Of a stretch of DNA of 64,000 nt, positions 1 to 13,850 are shown one piece after another. Position numbers and translations under genes: made by a program. A model generated the notes under the pieces. It did not search any database, was not told the origin of the DNA, and saw nothing but the letters and a program-made list of their open reading frames with translations. Each line of letters opens with the position of its first letter. Position 1 is the stretch's first letter. The stretch is from the human T2T-CHM13v2.0 reference genome, Homo sapiens. The DNA is taken from NCBI RefSeq assembly GCF_009914755.1, contig NC_060938.1, one strand, 5' to 3'.

Positions 1-133
1 ATTTTTTGTATTTTTAGTAGAGACGGGGTTTCACCGTGTTAGCCAGGATAGTCTTGATCTCCTGACCTCGTGATCCGCCCGCCTCGGAAGCCCGAAGTGC
101 TGGGATTACAGGCGTGAGCCACCGTGCCCGGCC
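1..133 (-). mobile_element. Alu left arm (AluY-like), truncated by the window edge, in GALC intron 1
   Basis: Reverse-complement Alu consensus 'tttttagtagagacggggtttcaccgtgttagccagg...ggcgtgagccaccgtgcccggcc'. Confidence 0.93.
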
Positions 134-1391
134 CTACATTCTTAACTACTTACTGTACCATACCGCTTTCCCTCTCTGACATGAAGATTAAATGACAGCA
201 CTCTAAACACTTACTGGCACAACCTGGGCTAGGAACCAAGGACTCCACAAAGAAGTTTAAAGTGGTATGCAAATATAATGTTGCAAGAATTTTCATTATT
301 TAGTGAGTTCCTATGAGGAGTAATGAACTATATAGGGATACTAATAATTGTATATTCTATCAGATTAGGTAGGAGTTTCCTACTTTGAATTACGAAATGA
401 TTCTTCTCATCTTAGTAATTTTAAACTGGGCTTAATAAACCTAATGGAAACAAAGACTTCCATTTTTCGGTAAGCTCTTACCCTAGATATAGTATCACAA
501 GTAAAGCTATAAAAAAGATGGGGCCTCACTCCATGAAATATTGGCTGTTTCAGGTTTAGCCCAAAAACATAAAAAGGAGAATAGTAGTAGCAAAGAATAA
601 ATGCATTAACTCATCGGCCCACAGGTTTCCCCTGAAATACACATCAGCACGGCTGGAGAGATTGCAAATTAGGGAATGAAAACATAAAAATCAAAAAGGA
701 TCAGCTAACTCCAGGGGGAAAAAAATTTCCCCTAGCAGAAGGTTATATCTTGTGGTCACACTACAGACCAGGTCATCCTTGCAGCAGGCATTCAAGCTTG
801 TTCTGAGTTGAATGTAAGGATGCAAGCTCCATCCAACTCAACCCCAAAAATCCGAGTTCAACCTTAACATTTTCAAGAAACATTAGCCCTAGATGTAATT
901 TCGGATACAAAACCAAAAAACAAAAACCTTCTCACCCAAAGGTCGGCCACCATGAAGCCCATGGGCCCAGAGGGAGTACCCGGTAGTTTCAGGCCGCTCG
1001 CTTATCTTCCTTTTAAAGAGACCTTGAGGCACCAGTCCTGCCTCCAAACGAAATCCTATTCGGCGCTACCCTCTCTGGAGGAGCCCATTCTTACCCTGCA
1101 CTAACAACTGCACGGGACTTAACGACTCCACCACCCACCAACTCCTCCAAAAGGGAGAGACACAGCCAAAGCATCCCACTGGGGCGTTCTCTTTCGCACA
1201 CGGACGCTCCCGCACTCCCTGGCCCTTTCTGGAGCGACGCTCCCCGACTGCCATCTCCGCGATGAAGACAGCCTGTGCCCCACTGCCTGGGACGAGGGTT
1301 CCAGCCCCGGCTACTTCACTACTTAGACCTGTCACTTTACTCTCTGCACCTATACTCTCTGGACCTCCGGATCCTCATTTGTTCAAACCTA

Positions 1392-2000
<609 letters not shown>

Positions 2001-2014
2001 TCACATGTACTTAC

Positions 2015-2131
2015 TGCTGGCTTCTCTTCCGGCGTCACCTGGTGGAGCACTTTAACGCAGGGAAGGTGGATTCCAAGGTCCGCCAAAGGAAGAGGGCCAT
2101 GAGTGGCCCTACCATGGCTCTTCCCCAGCAT
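2015..2131 (-). CDS. GALC: GALC alternative upstream first exon, coding part (39 aa, no signal peptide)
   Basis: ATG at 2131 reads MLGKSHGRATHGPLPLADLGIHLPCVKVLHQVTPEEKPA, followed by a consensus phase-0 donor GTAAGT (2014-2009) in the same phase as exon 1; matches my recollection of an annotated GALC isoform. Confidence 0.8.
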
Positions 2132-2389
2132 CTCAGGGAGTATCTACCTCGTGCGAGGACCAGGCTTGGACACCAGGTCCCGATTCCATTGTCATCTTGG
2201 TGGAATCACTTTGCTTTTGGAGCCTGAGTTTTCCCTTATGTGAGATGAGGCGAGAAGAGCAGCAGAGTGAGGGACTGAGAGAAAAGTTAATAAGCACTCA
2301 GTACATTTGAATGCATTCCACAAGTGGCAAATAGCTGAGAAGGTTCTCCAGTCTGGTAACTACCCCGGCATATTCAAAGCTTTTAGCCT

Positions 2390-2891
2390 TGAAGGAGTTA
2401 ATAATATACCACCTCAAAATATGCTGCTGTGGCATATTGACTATTTTAAATTAAAGGCACTTAAAAACAGCAGGTGCAAGATCACTGTCATGGATATTAT
2501 GTGTCTTAAAAGGAGGAGATGAAATTCCCATGTGAAAGATGTCTTCCCTATAAAATAACATTGTTATCTTCAAGGACAGAAAGTTGAAGTCGAGGGAAAT
2601 CTGTCCAAACAAAATTTGTTAATCCCTATCTTTCTAGTCGCTTCTTTACCCCAAGCCCCTTCGCCTTATCATGTTTCACAACTACTATTTTTTGTCCATT
2701 TCACTCTATAAGCAATTGGCTCTTAACTGCTGCTTTAGGTCTTTTTTTTTTTTAATGAGGGCCCCCGTGCTATGTAAAATAAACATTTGTGTGGTTGTCT
2801 CCTGTCAGTCTATTAATATCTTAAATCAATTTAATACTAGGGCCATGCTGGGACCCTACAGGGACGAAGGTGAAATTTTGCCTCCCCTACA
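2390..2891 (+). mobile_element. ERV1-class solo LTR (MER34-family-like)
   Basis: TG...CA termini; start 'tgaaggagtt...cctcaaaatatgctgctgtggcatattgactatttt' and end 'cctcccctaca' resemble MER34-group LTRs. Confidence 0.6.
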
Positions 2892-3894
2892 ATTTTATAA
2901 ACTATCTTCCACTGTCAGTTGAAGTGATTCCAGACAGGTAACTCTAAATTGGTAGGAAAGTTGTGAATTGCCCTGAATTTCTGCCACATCCAGCACTGTC
3001 CTGAGATTTCTGATTTCCTTGTTATTGAAGTAAATTAAAGAGACTCTGAAGAGCTGCAGAGAAAGATTTTCTGATCCCCAAATTTCTCTTAGCAGAAGTA
3101 TGGAACTGGTTATCATTGCCTACACAAGCCCCTGAGATACCACAATGGCAAGGAAAAGACCCAGAGACTTTAGGACCTGTGGGATTTGTCTGCAGAACCC
3201 TATTTGGAATCTGATTATTTTGCCCCTTAACCACAAACCTAAATCTAAGTTTCAAGAACTCAATTATACTTGAAGGTCAAAGCTCTGGGCAATCCAATAA
3301 ATATGCACATTAAGAACCCGATATCCCTGGGTTCTTAATGTACATTAGATATGTTTGTTCTTTCTTTCTTTTTGAATTGACTCTACGTCTATCCTGGTTT
3401 ACTAAGGACAGTCACAACTTTTGTCTAAACATAATTACTGATAATGCTCCTTTCACCCTCAGTAGTCTTCTGGCTTGGATCAGTTAAATAGTCCCCTGTG
3501 TATGAACCACTTATTTTCTTTGGTTTCTTCTTTCCCCAGTACAACACGAATCTGAACTCTCTGCCTTGCCACTGCAACCAGTTTATGATGCAAGTCAGTA
3601 ATTTTCAGTTCTGTGGATTTACTGTTACAGAATTCACTCTGATCCATTTGTTCTAACACAGTATTTTAAGCATGAGCTGGAGCTCCTGTGGATACAAGCC
3701 ACAGTAACCATTCCATCAAGTGAATGTTAAGCTTCTCTTACCAGCTCTTAACAAGCGCATAAGACCCACTTAATACCGTGACTAGATGGGAAATACCAAG
3801 GTGATGACAGAGGAAACTACCTTACACATAAAACTAGGAAGTTGCATGACGATGTATGAATACCCAGCATACACCATCCTGTAGTACGTCATTG

Positions 3895-4513
3895 TGAAAC
3901 GGGTCAGTGGTCAGTGGTCTCGTTGTCTGAGGTGTTATCCAAGCTTGTTGTCTCACAACCAAGAGAATTAAGGAGTGTGGACACCAGAGTGAGGTTGAAG
4001 AGAAAGTTTATTATATGAAAGAAGAAAGCTTTCTTTCTTTGCCATTTTGCCACTTTTACAGTTGAATCCAAAAGCTTTTATAAGAAACTCCTCTCATCTC
4101 TGTAGCTGTTTGTGTAACTTACTTGTAAAGCTATCTGTGCAGCTCCCCTTATCTGTGCAGCTGTGGGTATGTCTTGGGTAAGGATAAAGTTCAGCTTCTC
4201 TTGTTTGTGTAACTGTGGGTTCTAGGTAATCACCCTCTCCACCCCCATGCAAGTTCCCACAGAGCCCACCATGTATGTGCCTGAAAAGGGGAAGAAACTT
4301 TTTCCTGGGAACCTGCTAATCACACAAAGAACAAAAGGCTTCTATGTTGGGCCTTCCTTTCTTATCAGGGCAGCTGTTGCCTGAGTTTTCCCCAGGCCAC
4401 TCTATGTGTGCCTGTAGCTTGATTTTTCAGGCTGTCTTTCTGTTTAAAAGAATTTTACCAAAGACCAACTTTAGCTGTCTGCCCAACTAAGTTTTCCCTT
4501 TTCTCGTCCCTCA
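3895..4513 (-). mobile_element. ERV1-class solo LTR (subfamily uncertain)
   Basis: TG...CA termini flanked by 4-bp TSD ATTG (3891-3894 and 4514-4517); LTR-like internal sequence. Confidence 0.7.
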
Positions 4514-4977
4514 ATTGCACCTTGTAGTTGGAATGCACGCCACAAATATTTGAGCAATGTGTGAAGTCTACAAAAGAGGAAGCATAAACTCTAATGGAAA
4601 AGGTAGCCTCACTTCCAGGAAGTCCCAGTAGTTCCTATTAGTTCAGTTACCAAAGAAATTGCTTACCAGATAAATATTTTTTGTTTCTAATTTCTGATCT
4701 ATATTCATGAGAGCAGACATGAGGTAAGAAAGTTTCTAATAAAAGGCCAATAAATACATGCTGACAGAAATCCTTGGAGTGCTGGGCACGGCACTCAAAT
4801 GTGCTCAAGATGTGAGATAAAGAAAAATGACAGTTACCCCACGAGTGATCATATGCTTAGCTTCCCTTGCGTCTGTGGATCAGGGTCAGTGAGATAAGAC
4901 GGTAAGAAAGGAAGGTCCCAGTTTTCAGATTTTAAATGAGTTTAAAAAGTAATGACAGTGTTTCTCTCTCTGTCTTT

Positions 4978-5080
4978 TTAATCTGAAACACTTCAAGAAT
5001 TTGCATGTCATCCTTGCTCAGAGGCCACACTGATCTCTGTAACATTCCAGTGTTTGTAAATGTGCTGCCAAAGGAAACAC
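4978..5080 (-). pseudogene. U6 snRNA pseudogene
   Basis: 'cttcaagaatttgcatgtcatccttgctcagaggccacactgatctctgtaacattccag...tgtgctgccaaaggaaacac' aligns end to end with the reverse complement of U6; many substitutions and CpG decay. Confidence 0.9.
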
Positions 5081-5429
5081 GATGATTTTTCTCTTAAATA
5101 ACAGGTGTTTCTAAGTATCACAACTATACTTCAGCCACCCCAAATCTCTCCTTTTTCTAAATAAAATAATGTGATCAAAATCAAATAGTCTCTTGAGAAG
5201 GATCAGAGATCTTGCCTTTTAATGAAAATTTATTGATAAACTCTAATAGCAGTCTGGATTTTTTTTTTTATTTCCCCAAGACTATCATAAAACGGTATGA
5301 TAGCAGTCTGTTGTCTCACTTCAGGAAAAGGCTTTACTTTTATAAATCAGTCCACCTCCCCTTCAGTCTACCATTGATGGGCATTTAGGTTGATTCCATG
5401 TTTTTGCTATTAGGCTGTCAGAAATTCCA

Positions 5430-5520
5430 GGGCAGAGGCCAAGTTTATTTCTTCTTTGTATGTCTTAAGCACAGTGCCCAAACTGTGCTAAGTACTCAAT
5501 AAATATTAGTTGAATTGAAC
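5430..5520 (+). mobile_element. L2 3' end fragment
   Basis: 'agcacagtgcc...agtactcaataaatattagttgaattgaa' is the L2 terminal motif. Confidence 0.6.
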
Positions 5521-5665
5521 TAAAAGACAAATCACTGAATGGTCACATAAGGGGATACGAATAAAGAATTATTTACAAAAGGAGTTGGAAACGTTTCTTA
5601 AAGTAGGAATCCCCTGGGACATAAGAGTGTGGAGTGTTTTCTTGAACTGTCCTGTAACATCTGCT

Positions 5666-6503
<838 letters not shown>

Positions 6504-6744
6504 AACATCTGCCATTTGTCTGGTCTTTCAACTCTGGACGTGTTTCTTGATGGCAACTGTTAGTTATACTGCCCTACTGAGTGACTTCTCTCTAAAATAT
6601 GTTATAAGGCTCTATTCATTCAAGATTTTATATAAACAAAATGAAAATAAGTCAAAGGACAGAATCCACCTAATGAAATAAATTATAAATTGCTTACTGA
6701 ACATTTTCTTAAGTATAACTACAAATAAAAACTTCTATAGCAAA

Positions 6745-6995
6745 GAGCAGTGTAGTATAGTAGTTAGAATACTGGCTCTGGAGCCCCAGGTCTCCTGGCT
6801 TCAAATCTTTCTCCTATTGCTTAGCAGCAGTGTAATTTTGGTTAAGTTATGTAACTTCTTTGGGCTTCAGTTTACCCATCCATAAAATAGAGATAATGAT
6901 GGCAATACATTAATGTGAACATTGGACAAGCTAATATTTTTATAGCACTTAGAAGAGTGACCCACACATCCTATGTGTTATATAAGTGCTTATTA
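6745..6995 (+). mobile_element. MIR
   Basis: Core 'ggttaagttatgtaacttctttgggcttcagtttacccatccataaaatagagataat'. Confidence 0.75.
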
Positions 6996-8011
6996 TATAA
7001 ATAATAACATAAATGACATACCTATATAACTATCGTACAACTTTTGAGTTTACTGCTTTCCCCACAATTAATTCTGCAAAAACAGATTATTCCTGTCTTT
7101 GTATTGGTCTCAGTTTTTCTTTTTGCTGGGTTGTTGTCCACAGTCATCCAAATCTATGTTGTGTGTGGCTGATTCCTCATAGTGAGAGTCTTGGTGTGAA
7201 AGAGAATTCTGCCTCCTTCAGAAGTTAAGGAGCCAGATCCTCTCTCTTACTGTCCTTATCAGTACAGGCTCTGACAATGACCAGGCTTTCTCAATCAGTT
7301 TCTTGAACCTGCAAATTTGACCTTGGAAGAGTAACTAGATGTATGCACAGTTGAGAAATCCCACAAGAGCCATATCAGAGTCCAGAGGAGGCAGCTGCAT
7401 AGAGGCTCCATCAGAGGTGGCCTCAGATACCTAAAGTAGTGGGATCAAGCAGTGCCATTCTCACCTGAATGCTCAGACAGAGTGACCTGGCTATCTTTTT
7501 GGTCCTTGGACTCTAGCCCATTTTACAAGTCTTATTCTGAAGTTTCTGCATCAATTTGTTCCATATCCTCATTTCTTTCTTTCTAAGTCATTCATTTTCT
7601 GCTCAGGTAACCCACAGATGGTTTCTGTTACCTGCAGCAAGGAACCCTGATGGACACACCCGGTTATAATCCAAAGCTGATGTGATAATTGTAAAGAATT
7701 ATCAGGCTCCATGTCTGCATTTCTCCACTGTAAAAACTGCCTTCACCACCTGTAGTCCTTTTGCTGGTAATTGTTACAGCATAGATTTGCTCAAATAAAG
7801 GAATTCCAAGAAATTGTACTGTCCTCCTATGCTTTACCTGTGATATTTCTACTCTTCCTTGTATTGCAAATACTCACTTTATTGCACTCCCGCCAGGAAA
7901 AGAATTTTAGAGTCCACCTAGCGCCAGGTCTCAGACATGAAGAAAATGACGGTACAAGAGGTTCTCACCACTCAAAATATTTTTGAAACATCTATCACAA
8001 TGCTCTTCAAC

Positions 8012-10184
8012 AGAAATATACCCAGTAGTGAGACTGCTGAATCACATGGTAGTTCCATTTAGTTTTTTGAGGAACTGCCAGTTATCCACAATGGCTAAAC
8101 TAATTTACATTCTCACCAACAGAGTGCATGGGTTCCCTTTCCTCTACATCCTTGACAAAAACATCTTCCTCTTTTTGATCACAGCCATTCTAACAAGTGT
8201 GAGGTGATATCTCATTATGTTTTCAATTTGCATTTCCCTTATGATTAGTGATTTTGAGCATTTTTTAATATACCTGTTGGGCTTTTGTATGTATTCTTCT
8301 GAGAAATGTCTATTCAGCTCCTTTGCCCATTTTTAATCAGGTTACTTATTTTCTTGCTATTGAGCTGAGTTCCTTATTTATTTTAGATATTAACCCCTGA
8401 GATGTGTGGCTTGCAAATATTTTCTCTCATTGTGTAGGTTTTCTCTTCACTCCATTGACTGTTTCTTTGGATATGCAGAAGCTTTTTAGTTTAATGTAAT
8501 TCCATTTGTCTGTTTTCACTTTTGTTGCCTGTGCTTTGGGGGCCATATCCAAAACGTCATTGCCCAGACCAATGTCATGGAGTTTTCTTCTGTGATTTCT
8601 TCTACCAGTTTTACAGTTTCAGGTCTTACATTTAAGTCTTAACCCATTTTGAGTAAATTTTTGCATATGGTGTGAGATAAAGGTCTTATTTCATTCCCCT
8701 GGATGTGAATATCCAGTTGTCCCAACAGCATTTATGGAAGAGACTGCCTTTCCCCATGTGTTCTTGGCACCTTTATCAAAAATAATCAATTAACTGTAAA
8801 TGTGTATATTTATTTCTGAACTTTTTATTCTGCTCCATTGATCTATGTTTCTGTTTTAATGCCAGTACTCTTTTGATTACTGTAACTTTGTAGTAGATTT
8901 TGGAGTCAAGTAGTGTGATGCCTCCAGCTTTGTTCTTTTTGCCCAAGATTGCTTTGGCAATTCAGAGTTATTTTTTATTCCATATGAATTTTATGGTTGC
9001 ATTATCTGTTTCTGTGAAAAATAGCATTGGAATTTTGATAGGAATTGCATTGCATCTGTAGGACATTTTGACAATATGGACATTGTCATTTTAGACATTT
9101 TGACAATAGTAATTCTTCTAATCCATGAGCATGGGACATATTTCCATTTATTTGTGCCTTCTTCAATTTCTTTCATCAGTGTTTTATAGTTTTCAGCATA
9201 CAGGTCCTTCATCTCCTTGGTTAAATTTATTTCTACATATTTTTGTAGCTCTTATAAATGGCATTGTTTCCTTGATTTACTTTTAGGATAGTTCATTGTT
9301 AGTGTATAGAAATGCTGTTCATATGTGTGTTGATTTTGTATCCTGTGACTTTACTGAATTTGTTTATTAGTTCTAATGATTTTTTGGTAGAGCCTTTATG
9401 ATTTCTTATATATAAAATTATGTCATTTGCAAACAATTTAACTTCTTTTTTAATTTGGATATCTTTTATTTCTTTCTCTTGCCTAATTGCTCTGGCTAGG
9501 ACTTCCAGTACTATGTTAAATAGAAGTGGCAAGAGTGGACATTCTGTCTTGTTCTGATCTTAGAGGGAAAGCTTTCAATTTTTCACCATTTAATATGATG
9601 TGAGCTGTGGGTTTGTCGTGTATGGCCTTTATTATGTTGAGGTACATTCCTTCTACACCTAATTTGTTGAGAGTTCTTGTGAAAGGATGTTAAATTTTGT
9701 CAAATGCTTTTTATGCATGTATTGAGATGATCAAATGGTTTCTGTCCTTCATTCTGTTAAAGTGATGTATGGTGAAAGATCCTGTTAATGTGCTATTGTA
9801 TTCAGTTTGCTAGTATTTTGTTGAGGATTTCTGTATCTTATGTTCATCAGGACATTCGCGTGTAACTTTTTATCTTGTAGTGTTCTTGTCTGGCTTTGCT
9901 ATCTAGGTAATGCTGGCCTCATAAAATAAATTGAGAAGTATTCCCACTTCTCCAAATATTTTGGAAGAGTTTGAGAAGGATTGGTATGGCTTCTTTAAAT
10001 GTTTGGTAGAATTCAGCAGTGACGACTTCCTGGGCTTTTCTTCGGTGGTAGAATTTTTATTACTAATCAGATTTCCTTACTTTTTATTACTCTGTTTAGA
10101 CTTTCTGTTTTTTTTTTCATGTTTCAGTCTTGGTAAGTTGTATGTGCCTAGGAACTTCTCCGTTTCTTCTAGGCTATCAAATTT
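8012..10184 (-). mobile_element. L1M (L1MA-like) ORF2 fragment, decayed
   Basis: Minus-strand ORF remnants [22 protein letters not shown]...LFANDIILY and [17 protein letters not shown]...[10 protein letters not shown] match the L1 ORF2 RT region. Confidence 0.92.
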
Positions 10185-10358
10185 CCTCTTCCTATAAGGA
10201 CAGCAGTCAGATTGGATTAGGGCCTATCCTTGGGGCTTTATTTTAATTTAATCACCTCTTTAAAGGCTCTATATCCAAATGCAGCCACATTCTGAAGTAT
10301 TGAGGATTAGGGCTTCAGCATATGAATTTTGGGAAAGGACACAGTTCAGTTCATAACA
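10185..10358 (-). mobile_element. MLT1 (MaLR) LTR fragment
   Basis: 'ctataaggacagcagtcagattggattagggcc...catatgaattttggg...cagttcataaca'. Confidence 0.75.
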
Positions 10359-10649
10359 CCAGCTAAGATTTAGGGACTTTTCATGTTGCCAGGACTGGAA
10401 GGTGGCTTGACCCTTGGTTCTCAGAACTGCCCTCTATCAATGCTGGCATCCCCTGAGACACCCCCTTTCCCTTCTGGTCTTTGGTAGTTAGCCCAGGTAG
10501 TATTAACCTGAGTTGTCCCTCATCCGTGACACAAAGTGCCACACTGGGCCACTGAAAGTGCTGTGAGATGGGCTGAGGCTTCCCATCACTTCTTTGTGCC
10601 CCTCATTCTACTCCACCTGTGCTATACGGGCACAGAGGGACTTGATGAG

Positions 10650-11085
10650 TGTCTTAGTTTGTTTTGTGTTGCTATAAAATAATACGTGAGACTGGATAAT
10701 TTATAAAGAAAAGAGGTTTATTTAGCTCATGATTCTGTAGGCCAAGAAATTCAAGGATGTGGTCCCAGCTTCTGGCAAGGGATTTCATGCTGCATCACAG
10801 CATGGCAAAGAAAGTCCAAAGGAAAGTGGACACATGCAAAGAGGGCCGGAGAGGTATCCAGGCTCTTATAATAGCCCACTCTCTCGAGAACTAATCCATT
10901 CCTGGGAGAACTAATCCAGAAAGAGAACTCGCTTACTACCTCAGAACAGCACCAAGCCATTAAGGAGGGATCTACCCCCATTGCCCAAACGTCTCCCACT
11001 GGGCCCCACTTCCCACTACTGCCACACTGGGAATCAAATCAACACCAGCTTTATAAAGACAAACAAACCATACCCAACTATGACA
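10650..11085 (-). mobile_element. MST (MaLR) solo LTR, MSTB-like
   Basis: 'tgtcttagtttgttttgtgttgctataaaataatacgtgagactggataatttataaagaaaagaggtttattt'; near-TSD ATGAG/GTGAG. Confidence 0.85.
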
Positions 11086-13699
11086 GTGAGGTCTCTCAGG
11101 TACATACTCCTGAGTCTCTCCTTGGAAATGAGGCACAGGTTCACTCTCCTCCCCAGATCACACAACTCATCTAGGGTGTTTGTCACCCACCCCTACCTCA
11201 GGGCTTGCTTGGAAGTGAGTACAGCAATCAGGATGCAGGGCCCCTTTCTCAAGCACTGACCACATCTAACTCTTGAACATACTTCCTCTCTCACAACGTT
11301 AAACCCAACCCCCGCCAAGCAGGACAATCTTTTTCAGTTTTGGGGGCTGGGAAGCTTTACTTTATTTCAGCACATATTCTCCCAAGCATAGTGTCTGTGC
11401 CTCAGTCTTTTCCAAGGCCTTGAATTTTTGAAAGTCAAAACTCACATTGTCTTCTTTTTTTCCCCCCCGCTTGTGCCAGAAATTTCCTTGAGGCAATAAA
11501 TGCAAAATGGCTCACTGATTGTGTAAGGGTAGGGCTAGAGTGAAAAGAAATGTGGCTGGGAAAATATAGCATTATTTCAAAATCTTACCCTGCCATATTT
11601 AGTTGCCGCTTTAGCTAGTGAAATTACACCTAGCAGATAGTGTGGCCTCACAAAGGACCCCTTCATCAGTAGAACACACTCTTGCACTGTCTGCCCAATG
11701 GAGAAGTTGGAACCAGGTAGATCCACAATCTCCTCCCCATTACCCCATGAGTAGCCCAACTGGCCAGTGTTGGGTCCCCAGATTGTGACCACAGAAAACC
11801 AAATAATTGACTGGTCAGAAATGCCAACCCCGTTAAGGCAGTGTTCTGAATAACTACTAATTGTCTTTATCTCATTGTTATGTTGTTAAAATGTCACAGT
11901 GACTCAATGATTTAAAATTTCTAACCGTTCATTATAAAAGATAGCCCTATAGTTGAAAATACAGTATTGCCATATTTTCCATATTAAGAAGCAAATTTCT
12001 TAAAAGCTGGTAAATTTCTTATTGTGTAGAGTTGGCAAGGTTTTAGCATAGGTCAGCTCCAGCTTTTTCTCCTCTTTAATCAGAAGTGAAAGTTTGTGTT
12101 TCTTATGTTTCTTAATGATAATCTTTTTCTTTTGAAAAGCAAAATACATGAATATTAGATATGGACATGAAAATACCCTTTCCCTAAAAGCAGAAGTATA
12201 GTCTATTCAGATAAAGTAAGAGATCATCAGAGTAATGAAATACCTACGTAACAATGCACTTGTACCCCGAACTTAAAAAAAGATATATCATGTATAGAAA
12301 CCACAGATAAGCAGATGTACGAAACCAAGCAAAAATGAGAACTTTGAATTACAGTCACAAGTAAACTGAAATCGTTACTTTTCATTTTTGTAAAACTTCA
12401 AGACATTTATTGTTAATTTTTTACTTTATACTTAATTTTTATTATTTCAGTAACAATATATTGATTTATAATTTACTATATGCTAAATTACTTTATAAAC
12501 TATCCTGTGCTTTATAAATGTAAGGTATTAGTTTTATTATTCTCAAAGAAAGACCTACAACGGAAGTATTGAAAATCTTTACATTCCTGATATACCCTGA
12601 TCAACTTCAATATGGAAAGCCTTGCTTATATACAGGCTAATCTTTTCTATCTCTGGGTAGGGAGAAAAAAACAACAAAAAAAAAACACCAGCAACAACCC
12701 TTAATGTCCTTTAACAAACACAGATTCAAAATGTCCTGATTACATCTTTAAAATTAAGTCAAATGTTTTCATCCCAAATAAATTCTGTTCTTTCAAATAA
12801 TATTTTCCCTTCATTTCTAATAAAAGTTTATGAGGGCAAGATTCAAAAGTGATATTTCTGACTTTTTTATATATCAATAGTAAGAAAGTTATAGGAGCTA
12901 ATTTCACTTCATATTAAACCACTTATAGATTTGGCATTAACTTTAACTTGCTAAAGTACAAGAGTTTTTATAATAACAATGTAAGTCTTAAATAAAATTT
13001 TCAAGTTTCATAAAATTATTTGTCTCAGCTAGTTAATTCAACTGGTTTTTAGCCATCTCTGTTTCCAAGAGGAGAGAATCAAAGGAGAAAATAGTTCTAC
13101 AATCAAATACTATATATCTAATCCCATTAGTCTCTCAAAAAAAAAAAGAAAAGAAAGACGGTATGAGGTTGGCTACCTTAACCCCTGCCTTAAGCAGCAC
13201 AATATCCATCATTAAACCCCTCAGCCTCAATTCTCCCTTTTCTGTTTTTGTCCCAGGAACTTTATCACCCTGAATCTACCTACAATATCCTCCCCTATCT
13301 CACACATCCAAATGGTTCATTCTATTTTATCTGTACCCCTCTTGAAGTACTTCTTCATTTTGCCATTGCATTACAATCATTATTAAACATGTCTTTCTCC
13401 TTTACTAGGTAAAAAAAGCTGCTTTTGGTTGATAGCCAGTTCGTATACATCTCCCCGCACACTGCTGGCATGATGAGTGAATGAATGAATGAATGAATGA
13501 ACAAAGAAATAAATAAAATATTTAACATATATTCCATTAAGTAAAGGGCATATAATATAATATCAGTACATACTTGTAATTAAGATGCAATGAGACAAGT
13601 GAGTTATAAAAATTACAGTACAGTAAACAATAAATAAAAACATCTTTAAAAGTATTTAAGAGACTTTTTTTGTTCAAACTTGGATAACGCACACCCTTC

Positions 13700-13760
13700 T
13701 CATTGAGATGCTGCTTCCTCATTGGTTTGTGCTGAAATATGAGTGCAATTTCCTGTCCCC
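13700..13760 (+). promoter_or_regulatory. GPR65 proximal promoter (TATA-less, ETS/PU.1-type sites)
   Basis: Reverse-strand GAGGAAGC (13713-13720), ATTGG (13721-13725) and ACAGGAAAT (13748-13756) just upstream of exon 1. Confidence 0.5.
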
Positions 13761-13850
13761 TCAGCAGTGTTGGTTTCTCTTCTTGACTTGATGCAGGCAC
13801 AGATTTATCAAGCTCCTCAGTCAACAAACACATCACCGGAAGAAATATGG
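13760..13850 (+). other. GPR65: GPR65 non-coding exon 1 (5' end approximate)
   Basis: Consensus donor TGG|GTAAGT at 13850/13851 downstream of ETS motifs; consistent with the known two-exon GPR65 structure. Confidence 0.75.

Noticed and set aside
2895-3890. Possible processed-pseudogene-like stretch
   Set aside because: No sustained protein similarity, poly(A) tail or TSD found by eye; BLASTX would settle it
5371-5411. 41-bp piece resembling 6385-6426
   Set aside because: Both are L1-derived and differ at several positions; explained by family similarity rather than local duplication
9061-9108. Short tandem duplication 'gacattttgacaata' inside L1
   Set aside because: Ordinary slippage within a dead element
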